The notes under the pieces: generated by a model
The model's input: the letters and a program-made list of their open reading frames with translations, nothing else
Database searches by the model: none
What the model was told of the DNA's origin: nothing
Shown: positions 54,101 to 63,800 of the stretch, piece by piece
Layout of the letters: every line of letters starts with the position of its first letter
Numbering within the stretch: position 1 is the stretch's first letter
Source: Tubiluchus corallicola
Taxonomy: Eukaryota > Animalia > Priapulida
NCBI GenBank assembly: GCA_030141605.1
Contig: JAQGDQ010000013.1
Span: 882,447-946,446 of the forward strand
Direction of reading: 5' to 3'
DNA length: 64,000 nucleotides
Position numbers and translations under genes: made by a program

Positions 54101-57100
54101 TTGACTCACTTCGAGGGTGCACCACTCACTAACCAAAAACGTATTTTTAATGTTATTGACAAAATACAGTAATTTTAAATTTTACTTAGTTAGTGACGTA
54201 TGCACTACGAATGCTCTGATTATTTTTTCAAACTTTACACAATGTTATCTAAACTTGTTTCAAATGAGTCAAAATGGCTGCATCTAACGCTCATCGCGTT
54301 TTATACAGCGATACTGCCGACGCATGTCTTGTATGCAAAAAGGCAGTATGTAAGTGGTATAAAATTTCAGGACGAACTATTATGTAAGTGGAGGGTCTTT
54401 TGTGCTTCAAGTGATTTGGCTAGCTATTCAACTATTCTGTTCATCCAGTCGCGGCTTGCAGTTAAAATTAGTGAAGGTGCAGCTTCAAAAAATGTTTAGC
54501 CATCGTTTTGATATTGCGTAAAATGAAATAAACATATAAAAAGAAAATTTAGTCAAAAAGAAACACTACCGTACACTTGCACAACAGGGTCGGCACTGCA
54601 TGAGTAATGTCTCTACCCAGCATGTAGCTTCTTATCTCAGACATGTGCGCATGTGCACAACAGCCAAACATCCAGCAGCTGGAACTGTGAAGCGCACAGT
54701 TACATACAAGGATATTTGTAATGTTTTCAAGAACTAGGGAATGGCCCTTGACATTAAGCTTAAGGATTATATAATGTACAATCATAAAGAAGTAAAGAAA
54801 AAAAGGTTCACTACACTGAATGTTATCAATAACATCAAGTGAAAATAGGGGGTGCTGTAGTTCCGCAGTGCCTGTACTTGAGCCACCACTATATTCATCT
54901 TAATTATTGCTGTGTGCTTGCACATGTATAGCAATTTAAAGTTTTATCAGCTTGAGGTAAAATGTTTTTTATTATTTTTTTCAATTAGCAATACACAGTA
55001 AGCATTATGAGAGACTGTAATCAACATTTACAGTAGCACAAGATTGTAATTTTATCACAGTAATGTTAATTACAGGTGTCATGTATGGTTACAAAGGCTT
55101 GGTGTTGGTGTTTGGAATATTTTTGGCATACGAAACACGAAGCATGAAGATAAAGCAATTGAACGATTCACGATTTGTCGGAATGAGTATCTACAATGTT
55201 GTCGTAAGCAAAAAACTTTGTTGATTTCATGTTGGTATTATACAGGAAAACGTTTTTGTGGATGTGTCTTGCGGTTTTGTGGTTGTGTTGTGTAAAGTAA
55301 ATGTTGCAAATATCACATAATAATAAAATTGTAATTGATCTGACTACGACTGTGTACGTGGAAACTAAGAATTCAGGAGGAATTTTGAATTATCAGAGGT
55401 GTAGTCAGGTTCTAAAGTTAGGGAGAGCAAGCACATAAAAATGGAGCCGTGACAGGGGCGTAGCCAGGTTCTAAAGTTAGAGAATGGAGCCGTAACATAC
55501 AAAGGAATTATATGTTTGTCTATGCCACAACAAACAGTATAAGTATGTAACAAGAATAATATTATAATAATTAGATTTGGGGGAATCTGATCCTTGGTTC
55601 AATCAGTCAACCTTGACAAATGAGTTACGTAAATGCATCCTAATTTCAAAAAAATGGGCGGTTGGTTGGTCAAATAATGACTCCATTGTTGAAAAGGAGC
55701 AAATTTTGAAAAATGTGCCGAGGAAGTGGTTGCTCCACTAGCTTTCCTACTAGCAACATCACTGTGTTTTACTTTGTTTCAGTAAGGAAATTTTATGAGA
55801 GCTATGAACTTCATATGGATACCAAAGATTCAAAAATGTATTGCCTATTTGTTAAACCCTCACTTGAGGAAACTAGAATTTAGCATTATTATTTATTATA
55901 AGCTGCAAATGAATGAATTCAGTGCTGAGACAGTACAGCAGTAGTGATAATCAGTTACAATAAATTTGGCTCTTTCTAAACTTTTCAGACACTATAGGTC
56001 TGCAGCAGGTACTTCAAGCTCATTGTTTCACTATTATAATGTCCCTGTTTTACTGCTAAACAAATTTTTGTTGCAGAAATCTCATATGGCTGGAAAAAAT
56101 TAAAAATAATATTAATAATGCATGCTTGATTTTGACTCTCTCAGTATATACGTTCATCAGGTATGTTTATGAGCAGTGTTTATGATACTGCAGCAGCCCA
56201 CTAACCGAGAAAAGGGTACACTTGATTGATATTGTCTTTGTGAAGTTGACCTCCATTGGTTGATGTGACATTTCCCAATTAGTGTATTTTTGGAAAATGT
56301 TAATATTCCGCAAAAGTTTTTAATGGTTTGGAATACATGCAGCTGTTACTGAAAAACAGGAGACCGATTTTAAATCCAAAAAGCTAAATAGTAATAAAAT
56401 ATATTGCAAAAACATAATTATGTTAAATTATGTGTGAAATGTCAATATCTTACGTTTTACGTAGGTGCTATGCCTGATAACAAGTCCTGTGACGATAATT
56501 ATTGGTGATCAGCAAGATGCAAGTTTCATCTTTGTATCGTTAGCAATCATATTCTGCAGTTTTCTAACAATGGCTCTTATTTTTGTACCAAAGGTACTAT
56601 ATATGGTTACTACATTGATTTTTTGAAATTAAACTTTGATTAAACGAATGTGTGACATTTTTGTGGCTTCAGAATTTTTCTAAATGTGAGCACTGCTGGG
56701 AAGCCATATCAAGAATTTCAACATGTTTTTCTTGAAGTCAGGTATCGAGTTGTGCCAGAAATGTCATTGGAGCAAATTTCCAATAAGTAACTCAATCATT
56801 GTATCATACAAATCATTGAATGAACCTTCTCACAGTTCCAGTGATTGACGATGATTGTGAAAAGGTCAAAGGTTAAGTGTACCAGACAATGCATTTGTGT
56901 GCACTTGACAACGCTTTGCAGCCCATGCTATTGTAAAAGTCATTAAGAAAAGGGACGAATGCTAGTTACAGAACCTTACCCAATTGTACTAGTAAATCAC
57001 TTTGCACAAAGACTAATGCATACTTAAGTAAAGTCTATAAACAACTGATGCAACAGACAGCTTTGCTTTATACACATGTCACATGACGGTTGTAGTTAAT

Positions 57101-60100
57101 ATGCGTTGCTAAGATACACTTAACCTTTGACCTACAGCAACTGCGCATGCGCACAACATTTATACAGGTAAAGAAGGTAGTATTAATTATTCTTCCACAG
57201 CATGAAACTAACACGAAAGCCATGTATTGTATTTCTAGCAAAACTATTTTAAAGGAAAGAATAAATCACTCAGTATGTTGGGCATGTTTTATTGTTATCA
57301 CTTAACTTAGAAAAATATAACAAAGAAATTTGCAAAAAACTTTCTATAAAGCATAAATTTAAAATATACTACCTCTGAATAAAAAATTTCAGGTGTGGTG
57401 GTTGCCACCATTTATTTGAAAATCGTGATGAAACTGGGAGACTTCCTGGCTTTTCGTAAACACGCGCTGCTTAAACTAATTAAAACTTCTGCAGCTTACC
57501 TAATATTCACGCAAAAATGTTACAACATCAGCATGCTAATGTTTTTGTAAAAACTTGTTATACTTTTGACGAAGATTGACAGTGCGCTACTTTTCTTCAA
57601 GAGGAATGACGTCATTGGGAGAAAAAAGGGCTTTTAAAATGGGAGTGTCCAAGCAGGACACGATCGCGACTTTAAAGTGATTTTACCAGTTAGACGAGGC
57701 GCTTATTGTAGTTTTATTACTAAATCCTTCTAACATTTTTTGCAAACATAGAAATGAGCCTGACCTCCCGGAAGGCTTGACCTTTCCTTTAATTTACAAG
57801 CACATGAGACTTGCTACATTTATTGCTGCAAAAATAATTACCTACTCATTTGCTAATTTCAGTTTATGTCAATGTGGAGATATCCACGGGACAGCGCAGA
57901 ATCAACAGCACTCACTGATAACTGTCCGAGCAAAGAAGAAGAAGAAAGATTACAAAAGCTCACCACTGAAAACGAAGAAATAAAGAAGGATATTGCTGAG
58001 GTAAACAAGCCATACTTTAACGATGTCGATCTTTGCATAAAGGAACATCACTAGTAATATGTCAGCTTCTCTGTAACTGTTGTTGGCAACTTTAGGTGTT
58101 TTTGATTCTTTTTGATTTTAATATTCGAGAATAAAGGTGAGAGAGCTAGACTGGTGCATAATTTGGTCCAGGTTCAAATGTTATCTCAAAGTTACCGACC
58201 CAAATATGATTAATGAAATTGTTTGTGTTAAAGCATCTTTCTAATTTGATGTATTAACTAGATAGAAACAAGGAACAGAAGAAATAAGATATGCGCATAA
58301 TTATTAGAGATATTTACATAGTTTTTACGTAATGATATTTCAATGACGATATGAAAGTAATAGTATTAACTCACATTAGTACACAAGAGATATATATTGG
58401 TCTATAACATTATAAAGACCTAACTACGTTTCAGTATAACCGATTAATGGATTATAATAAACGTATCGACAAAAACCATGACATCATTATTTCCGTTCTA
58501 TTACTAGGTTAAAACAATAATGTAAAATAGTCTCACATACCGATTACTCTATGCCCAGGGATATCCGCGATAAGGAGCTGGAAGATAACATTGCGCTTGG
58601 CGGGCTACTTTGTTAACTTAAATCATGGAGGATCGAGCACACATCATAAAGTTTTTAGAGGAAGCCTTTTAAAGTCAGAATAATTATATAATTACATGGG
58701 TAATTGGGCACGCTGCCAAATACTACTTATCCTACAGGCTTGCACGTTCATTCATAAACCTGTTTGCCAGGGCAGATACGTATAAACACCAAACTCGAGA
58801 TACGCCATACTGGCATATTTCTTGACATCTGTTACATGAAAGTCTCATTTTTCTAGAAAGAGGAACAAATCAAGGAATTGCATTCGAAGCTCCAAGATCG
58901 ATCTCGTTTGCGAGCTGCTCTAACAGCAAAACACGGAGGTTCCCTGCCAACGACAATAACAACACCAGCAACACCACTGCCACCTATCGAGTCGGATGAC
59001 GAGACTTATCAGAATACAACAAAGGCAGAAATAGAACCTTCTAGTGTAAAAGAAAGTGTTGAATATACATTCACTATAGACTGTGATGATGACTGTCCAA
59101 TGGCTACGCCTGAATCAAGTTTTATTAATGATCCTAATTCAGATTCTGGTGTTCATAGTGTTTCTAATGCAAAGAGTTCAAAAGGCTCAGCCACCACCGG
59201 TTCAGGTAATAATGTTAGAAGCTTATTTACTGATTATTTTTGTTTGAGTGCTGAAATACACAATTATAATACACGATATCGACTTAACTATCACTGCTTA
59301 CATTGCAACACAAATCTAAGAAAATTTTCAATCAAATATAATGACCCTTATTGCTCCAGCTTTGGAAAATACCAACTCACTGTCAATCCTTAAGAAACTA
59401 TACAAATCAAACTTAAGTTACACGTATAACTGATTACTCCATCACGACTTTTGTTTTCACTTTCAACAAATTGCCCTCTAGGGTAAACTAGCTCTCATCT
59501 GTACATATCAGGAGTATCATGTAGTCTAATCAAAAGTTGCCTCCTCCACAAAGGCCCAGTAAATATGTAATTTATCATTCTTGTACCATTCAGTTTATAT
59601 CGTAATTATGACTAAAACCCATTGTAACTCTCAATATATCAGCAATATATTATTAATAAATATTTTTTATTAATAATTTTGGTCAGAGGTGCTGGCAGCA
59701 AATTACAGAAGAGTGGCAGGATTTATGAAAAGGGCACATTTTGTTTACCCATATTTCTGTGGCCAGGCTAATGAAGATATGACTTATGTACAAGTGTATA
59801 TCTAAGACACCCCAAATGCCTCCTGCCTCTCGCATATTCCTTTTAAAATGAATAAAAAATGAATGATAGATGCATGTTTTCATGTAGAGTTCAATTTTGA
59901 TAATGCCAGCTAAAAATGGCCGTTTGACACATTAAGCACAAACACATTTTTACACATGTTCTAATTTTATTCCTCAACTCATTACTTACCTAGAACTGGA
60001 TGTCGACATTTTCTATCAAAAAGGCAGTGTTCTGCTCCCACACTGCCCATCCCTTGAGAAAGGGCAAGGGGGGCCAGTGCTAAAATTAATATTTATATCA

Positions 60101-60869
60101 GTATTTGCTTTAAGCATTTCTATTAATTCATGTACTTTGTGATGTAAAAGCATCTGTTGTTTATCTTGCTTGGAACTGAAACTGAAGCTATTTTTGGCCG
60201 GGTCAGAGAAAATACTGGTACTGTAATTTACTTATCTTTGCAAACAGAGGAAACACTGACACTCTCAGTGAATAAGCCTTTTCACAGTTCCAATGATTGA
60301 TGATGATTGTGAAATAGTCAAATGTCAGTCTACCAGACAATGCATTTGTGTACACTTGATAATGCTTCGCAACCCATGCTATTGTAATAGCATCCGTTTT
60401 AACAGTTAGCTAGTACCTTACCTAGTTCATTTTTTCTTGTTGTCAAGCAAGATTCTACTAGTAAATCACTATACCCATAGACTAATGCATAATTAAGCAA
60501 AGTGTATGTAAAACAACTGAAGTTACTGAACTGATGTGGCAGATGGCTTTGCTTTATGCACACATCAGGTGACGGTTGTAGTTTAGATGCGTTGCTGCGG
60601 TAGACTTAACCTTTGACATACAGCAACTGCACAACGAAACTGTGAAAAGGTTATTATTAAAAGACAGTTCTTTAGTTTTGGAAGTGTGAGTATGAAGTTG
60701 CCATTTTATTTAGTTTAAAATGTGAAGAAAAAATTAAGTACTAGCTTGCATATTTAAATCTGTAACAGGAAGACATCTGTTTTCATGTCTCAATCACCAT
60801 TAAATAAAACATTGTTGGAAAAACTGCACTATTGTTTTTTTATTTTCAGATGGGGCTGTGCTACTCTGA
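8443..60869 (+). CDS. GABBR1: GABA-B receptor subunit 1 (class C GPCR), whole spliced gene, 20 coding exons, about 890 aa
   Basis: Exons joined by hand give a 2673-nt continuous frame: signal peptide, Venus flytrap, 7TM, coiled coil and RxR motif. Diagnostic GB1 motifs include [61 protein letters not shown] and [13 protein letters not shown]. Confidence 0.95.
9478..9855. mobile_element. hAT MITE; related copies at 51897-52296 and ~61310-61660
   Basis: Ends tagatctggatta / taatccggtcctg with 8-bp TSD tctatagt / cctatagt. The TATAGGCT and TTAGCCTAG motifs are shared with the other copies. Confidence 0.6.
12058..12125 (-). mobile_element. Degenerate 5S rRNA-derived fragment (SINE3-like or 5S pseudogene)
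   Basis: Minus strand GAAGTTAAGCATCGCTGGGTCTCACTAG...GATGGATCAGTGACTGCTTGGAAAAC resembles the 5S A-box to C-box region. Confidence 0.45.
12761..13365 (+). mobile_element. Diverged, partial copy of the Kolobok-like MITE family
   Basis: Shares cgctgtataaaa...gatgaccgttaggcgcggccatttt...aacaagtttagataacatt with the copies at 14252, 27595 and 53772. Confidence 0.7.
14252..14930 (+). mobile_element. Kolobok-like MITE (TTAA TSD)
   Basis: TTAA|aacacaacaaaa ... ttttcttgtcct|TTAA; colinear with 27595-28257. Confidence 0.75.
15030..15080 (-). mobile_element. Second 5S rRNA-like fragment
   Basis: Minus strand ACTGAAGTTAAGCAACGCCGAGTCTAGTCAATGACT resembles invertebrate 5S CGAAGTTAAGCAACGTCGGGC..GGTTAGTACT. 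Confidence 0.4.
15464..15535. repeat. 12-bp minisatellite TGTGTACATAC(C/T)
   Basis: About 5-6 tandem units visible. Confidence 0.8.
16304..16660. mobile_element. Partial MITE with repeated GCAGAATTCCTC(C/A)CGAGGA motifs, possibly PIF/Harbinger
   Basis: Three tandem ~40-bp units at 16360-16462 and a terminus-like sequence cctcactgtgaaatgcacc|taa at ~16586. Confidence 0.4.
17886..18420 (-). mobile_element. CR1/L2-group LINE 3' end
   Basis: A minus frame reads [44 protein letters not shown], matching the ORF2 C-terminal pattern LP..RT..G....G...WN.LP..I.....FK. Ends in a (TAA)n tail. Confidence 0.65.
23586..23890 (+). repeat. Fragment of an interspersed repeat with GACCTTTGACC-type motifs
   Basis: Starts aactagagggcactc and contains cctttgaccttctgaacccaaaagcaatggg. 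Related to 25320-25860. Confidence 0.45.
24919..25007. repeat. (TTA)n microsatellite
   Basis: About 29 perfect units. Confidence 0.95.
25320..25860 (+). repeat. Interspersed repeat with diverged internal tandem units (gtgaccttga...ttttgaacccaaa...ccaagtttgg) ending in gacagac/caca
   Basis: Four diverged ~110-125-bp units. Resembles widespread TGACCTTGACCTTTGACC non-autonomous elements; family not assignable. Confidence 0.55.
26850..26992 (-). mobile_element. tRNA-derived SINE, MetaSINE-like
   Basis: A box TGGCTTAGTGG and B box GAGTTCGATAC, followed by GGGTCATACCAAAGACTTTAAAATGGTACCTGC (Meta-domain-like core, from recall). Confidence 0.75.
27067..27201 (+). CDS. GABBR1: GABA-B R1 exon 2
   Basis: [45 protein letters not shown]; AG/GT boundaries, phase 0-0. 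Confidence 0.95.
27595..28257 (+). mobile_element. Kolobok-like MITE (TTAA TSD), best-preserved copy
   Basis: TTAA|AGCACAAGAAAA ... TTTTCTTGTCCT|TTAA; 12-bp imperfect TIR with purine-purine termini. Confidence 0.8.
29411..29868. repeat. 27-bp minisatellite AGAGAACTCAGCAGATTCA(A/T)AGTATGT
   Basis: About 17 tandem units; source of the repetitive ORFs at 29277-29773. Confidence 0.95.
32825..32995 (+). CDS. GABBR1: GABA-B R1 exon 3
   Basis: [57 protein letters not shown]; AG/GT boundaries. Confidence 0.95.
33030..33096. repeat. (CA)n microsatellite
   Basis: Perfect run just after exon 3. Confidence 0.95.
34132..34233 (+). CDS. GABBR1: GABA-B R1 exon 4
   Basis: [34 protein letters not shown]; AG/GT boundaries. 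Confidence 0.93.
34815..34933 (+). CDS. GABBR1: GABA-B R1 exon 5
   Basis: [39 protein letters not shown](W); donor TG|GTAAGC, phase 2. Confidence 0.93.
35062..35206 (+). CDS. GABBR1: GABA-B R1 exon 6
   Basis: (W)[48 protein letters not shown]; donor ATG|GTAAGA. Confidence 0.93.
35328..35820. mobile_element. MITE with CAGGGTTCCCAC TIR
   Basis: cggggctcccacag ... ctgtgggaaccctg with AAGTCA(G/T)GGAAA subterminal motifs. An inverted copy lies at 42021-42427. Confidence 0.75.
35952..36083 (+). CDS. GABBR1: GABA-B R1 exon 7 (probable GC donor)
   Basis: [44 protein letters not shown]; donor CAG|GCAAGT. An alternative weak GT donor follows 36089. Confidence 0.88.
36686..37124 (+). mobile_element. 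hAT MITE with perfect 8-bp TSD
   Basis: attaaacg on both sides (36678-36685 and 37125-37132); ends caatagcggct / agccatcactg. An inverted copy lies at 54446-54891. Confidence 0.8.
37379..37492 (+). CDS. GABBR1: GABA-B R1 exon 8
   Basis: [38 protein letters not shown]; donor |GTGAGT. Confidence 0.9.
37566..37667. repeat. Perfect 50-bp tandem duplication
   Basis: agatggttaacaggaccatatttacctataggctaaccaggttgtaatcc occurs twice. Confidence 0.9.
38005..38342 (-). mobile_element. Harbinger-like MITE copy (same family as 56823-57150 and 60275-60652)
   Basis: Reverse complement shares agccgtttcacagttcc...gattgtgaaaagg... and ttaacctttgacctacagcaactgc with the other copies. Confidence 0.65.
38705..38768 (+). 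CDS. GABBR1: GABA-B R1 exon 9
   Basis: [21 protein letters not shown]; donor A|GTAAGT, phase 1. Confidence 0.92.
39201..39350 (-). mobile_element. LINE-like 3' tail
   Basis: The minus strand has a GGGCAGG...CCTGCCC hairpin, then AATAAA followed by (CTATGT)n. Confidence 0.45.
39748..39912 (-). pseudogene. hAT transposase C-terminal dimerisation domain remnant
   Basis: [54 protein letters not shown], matching the hATC consensus [14 protein letters not shown]...RL..L..L.IE.....LD....I..FA..K.R. Confidence 0.8.
40344..40436 (+). CDS. GABBR1: GABA-B R1 exon 10
   Basis: [31 protein letters not shown]; phase 1-1, AG/GT boundaries. Confidence 0.9.
40510..41165. repeat. ~31-bp minisatellite CATCAGCCATCCAAACTTTCAACATTCATACA filling most of intron 10
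   Basis: About 21 tandem units. Confidence 0.95.
41268..41418 (+). CDS. GABBR1: GABA-B R1 exon 11 (stalk, TM1)
   Basis: [51 protein letters not shown]; phase 1-2. Confidence 0.93.
41864..41996 (+). CDS. GABBR1: GABA-B R1 exon 12 (TM2)
   Basis: [44 protein letters not shown]; donor |GTAAGT. Confidence 0.93.
42021..42427. mobile_element. MITE with CAGGGTTCCCA TIR (inverted copy of 35328-35820)
   Basis: cagggttcccacagaattttaaaataaatt ... tgggaaccctg. Confidence 0.8.
43247..43354 (+). CDS. GABBR1: GABA-B R1 exon 13 (TM3, ICL2)
   Basis: [36 protein letters not shown]; donor AAG|GTAAAC. An alternative donor follows 43373. Confidence 0.9.
43393..45040. repeat. 92-bp tandem satellite, about 18 copies
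   Basis: Unit acattttactaaaacattgtaacacgacagcctcgctgtcaaaacatggcacatattttgttgtgctgtattataaaacaatatggaagttt. Confidence 0.95.
46552..47078. mobile_element. Kolobok-like MITE (second family)
   Basis: TTAA|AGGAAAACCGGACGATTGT ... ACAATCATCCGGTTTTCCT|TTAA. Confidence 0.85.
48190..49805. mobile_element. Foldback/MITE-like element with ~100-bp imperfect inverted arms enclosing a satellite
   Basis: Left aaaaatgacggccagcaccagcttaataaaagacatggcttttatt matches the reverse complement of the right arm, aaaaatgacaaccggcacccacttaagaaaagacatgggttttatt. Confidence 0.7.
48285..49717. repeat. 47-bp tandem satellite, about 30 copies
   Basis: Unit gatataatccaacactacttggttatatcatgacat(c/g)atacttacca. Confidence 0.95.
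51408..51530 (+). CDS. GABBR1: GABA-B R1 exon 14 (TM4)
   Basis: [41 protein letters not shown]; donor CAG|GTAAGA. Confidence 0.9.
51594..51885. repeat. 42-bp minisatellite, about 7 copies
   Basis: Unit attcactttcaatgggacagttccagtgagaaagcagaacaa. Confidence 0.92.
51897..52296. mobile_element. hAT-type MITE (CAGGGC...GCCCTG)
   Basis: TIR cagggccaggttat / atagtccagccctg; interior matches 61340-61560. Confidence 0.65.
52619..52700 (+). CDS. GABBR1: GABA-B R1 exon 15 (ECL2)
   Basis: [27 protein letters not shown](G); donor G|GTAAGT. Confidence 0.93.
53772..54406 (-). mobile_element. Kolobok-like MITE, inverted copy of 27595-28257
   Basis: aggacaagaaaa...ttttgtgct; interior is the reverse complement of the 14252 and 27595 copies. 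Confidence 0.8.
54446..54891 (-). mobile_element. hAT MITE, inverted copy of 36686-37124
   Basis: 8-bp TSD tgttcatc / tattcatc; ends cagtcgcggct / agccaccacta. Confidence 0.75.
55076..55203 (+). CDS. GABBR1: GABA-B R1 exon 16 (TM5, ICL3, start of TM6)
   Basis: [42 protein letters not shown]; donor |GTAAGC. Confidence 0.95.
56465..56593 (+). CDS. GABBR1: GABA-B R1 exon 17 (TM6-TM7)
   Basis: [43 protein letters not shown]; donor AAG|GT. Confidence 0.95.
56823..57150 (+). mobile_element. Harbinger-like MITE copy
   Basis: Colinear with 60275-60652. Confidence 0.65.
57863..58000 (+). CDS. GABBR1: GABA-B R1 exon 18 (start of coiled coil)
   Basis: [14 protein letters not shown]...[23 protein letters not shown]; donor GAG|GTAAAC. 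Confidence 0.9.
58857..59205 (+). CDS. GABBR1: GABA-B R1 exon 19 (coiled coil, RxR ER-retention motif, disordered tail)
   Basis: [22 protein letters not shown]...TPATPLPP...SATTGS; donor CAG|GTAATA, phase 1. Confidence 0.85.
59206..59665 (+). mobile_element. CR1/L2-group LINE 3' fragment at the start of intron 19
   Basis: Encodes [39 protein letters not shown], the HxYxTR...T...FS.Y motif of the ORF2 C-terminus. AATAAA at ~59655. Confidence 0.65.
60275..60652 (+). mobile_element. PIF/Harbinger-like MITE, full length
   Basis: TIR AGCCTTTTCACAGTT / AACTGTGAAAAGGTT with AT-rich flanks. Confidence 0.7.
60850..60869 (+). CDS. GABBR1: GABA-B R1 probable last coding exon (DGAVLL*), followed by 3' UTR
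   Basis: Strong acceptor gttttttttattttcag. Phase 1 gives DGAVLL-stop, loosely similar to the vertebrate GB1 end DGSRVHLLYK. Confidence 0.6.
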
Positions 60870-63800
60870 GAGACATCAAGTCACACCAATTTGCCATGAG
60901 GTCAGAGAGACAAGCATGGCATGCTGGTGACATGAGAATGGTGCTATTTTTCCAGAAAAATCTTGCAAAAAACATGTAAATATGGTATAAATATGGTAGA
61001 GTCGATTTCACAGCACTGTCAGTATTTTGCCAAATGTCATTAGATACATAAATACGTTTGTATTTTCACAATGTAAATATATGAGTCATTGTTGAGCTTA
61101 ATAGTATTTTAGTTAATGTTGTGATATCAAATGTATATTAATGCACTGTCAGGTGTAGATTTTTTTATTTGTACAGAAATGTTTTACTTGTTTGTTTATA
61201 TGTAACATTATTAATATTAGTATGTTCTTCATTCAGTGATTCACTCTATGTTATGTTTTGTTGCAAAATAAGTCTGCTTCATATCTCAGTGCAGTTTTTC
61301 AATAGACTTGTGCTATAGGCTAATGAAGGCTGCAGCCTGGAACCATTCAAGCTTGGGGGGGGGGGGCTCAAGCTTTGGTAACATTTGATAAAAAATCTAT
61401 CTTTCACTACGGTTGCGTAGAAATACATGCTAATTTGATTTGCAATAAATAGTGGTATTTCTTAAAAGAATATTTTGATTGACAAACAAAAGATAGCTAT
61501 TTTATCTTGTTTAAAGAATTTGTGATAAGTTTACTTTAAGCTGTGTAGATGTCACTAAAATATATCATGAGTAAAAAATATTCAAGAAGAATGCAGGCGA
61601 GTTAGAGGGTGTGGCTCCGTCTGAGGGGACCCCATACTTATATTAGCCTAGAGACCCCTGACTATAAGTTAAATGTAAAATGCAAATCAGTGCAGGACAG
61701 GCAATATAATTTCAGTTTTAAGGTTTCAGGAGAAAAGTGCCAGATTATTTTTAAAATGAGACGAATTTAGCCAATCAAAGTTAGCTAATGATTATACTTG
61801 TCTTATATATAGCAGGCACATAAACGTTCAATGAATTTGTGAACATTCAACTTAGTGATGGGTGATTAATAGATTAATTGAACTAATTGAGATTACAACC
61901 ACGTATAAATTGATATAATCGAAGATTGAACAGTAATTCAGTTAATCCATAGTAAAATATAGGTGTTATCTACTGACTACAAGACAGTGTTTTAGCACAA
62001 ATAAAAGGAATCCTTGCATTTTCTCACCTTACACAATGTGCACAAACCAGAGTGTTGCAAACTGGGGCTTCTTATTTGTTTTCACGTGACGTGTGTAGTT
62101 GACTTAGTAATAGAGTAGTTAATGAATGTACTTGTCTATAAAAATAGTTTGCGAGTACGAAAATGGCAGACAGCAAAGAAAGCCATGAAGAAGTTTATAG
62201 GCTATATTTCAGTGCTGCAATGTTTAAAAAATGTGACTAAAACACTAAAAAATGACCACAAAAGATTAATCATGATATTGAATTACAAGAACAAGATCGT
62301 AATCAAACTAGAAAATTTCAAAATCGCCCATCACTAGTTCAATTTATAAATGAATGGTGATAAATTAATAAGATAGATGAAAACTTGTCCTCAAATAATA
62401 TGTATCTTTTTCCAAACACAGATGATAAACTTTTACACTAGTCGTCAACTGACTGTGGAATTGCTTTCACTCATGGCTTTATTTTATTGCAACATGGCGT
62501 TAGATTTTTGATGTGTTCACTAGTAATGTACAACTGCTAAAAGATGCGAACGGATAAAATTGTTTGAAATACGTCCAGTAAATTTCTACAGTATTTGGTG
62601 GATACATAACTCATGAGACATCACTTCGACTAGGACTGTGGAGATGTATAATCTTATATTAATAGTCAAAACAATGGCTGTGAATTTTTTTTTGCTACCA
62701 CATTAGTTTAAATCGTTTTGCAATATTTTAGTCTTGAGTCTTATATTTATTATAAAAACGAACTAAAACAAAAGCTAAAACTGTGAGATTAGTAAGAATA
62801 TCTGAAGAATATAATTTCTGTAGACTATGTAGCCCAGTTGATGTATGAGCATGTTAAATATGAGCTACAGAAACACGGCTTTTTATAAACAATGTGGATG
62901 GTAGGGGAAATGATTTAAACTAGGTAGGTAATTGGTATTGAAATAAAAATTACTTTTTATTTAGCTAAAAGGCAATCCATTATGAAGCTGGTTGCGTTTT
63001 GTATAATTTGAATACCTATAGGCTTCTTAAATAGTCAAGATTTTGCATGTAATTTGTGCTATGTAAACCAATAGCACCCACAGTGAAAAATTCCAAGCAA
63101 ATTATTTTTTGTTAGTATAAAGTTCTTGTATGCGTAGTGTACTTGCTTATGTACAAATAATGTTTGTTAAACATTTATAAAGTTGTATTTACATACATGT
63201 TGTGTTATTTGTACCCTCATGACAATAAATTCTTTTTGTAATGCATTGTCAAGTTGTTATGTAGTGCACATAAATTTCTTGGCAAAAAATGATTGGAAAC
63301 TCGTCAAATCTCACCAACTCTGTTTTGAGCTTCTATATCTAAACAGTAAAAAGCTGTGTTTAAAGTCAATCGTGCAATCTTATCTGAATCGGAATGTGTG
63401 AAAAATTATCGCCTTATATATGTCGACTTTTGTGTAATAAATTTGACTGCGAAGACACAGGCAACTGAATTAGGCTGAGACATCTCTTATGGAATTTCCG
63501 TGAAGGCCACCCAGGTTGAATCCGTATACAAGCCCCATCATTCGCTATAGTGCAAAAATCTGTAAGACCAAAGTAACCACAATCGCGGCTAGTTGGCTTC
63601 GGAGCAGGCTAGCCCGCTTATGCCAGGTGTCAAACAAATTTGCTTCATGCTGCGTTAGGCAACTGGAATATTCATTAGCATAGATTTGTGCTAATAATTT
63701 TGCTTCGCGTTACTTAAAATACTGCAAAACAGCCAAAACACGTTAAGTCACCAAGTTAGTGGTTTCAGTGATTAGGAGCTCAATGTATGTCTGACATAGA

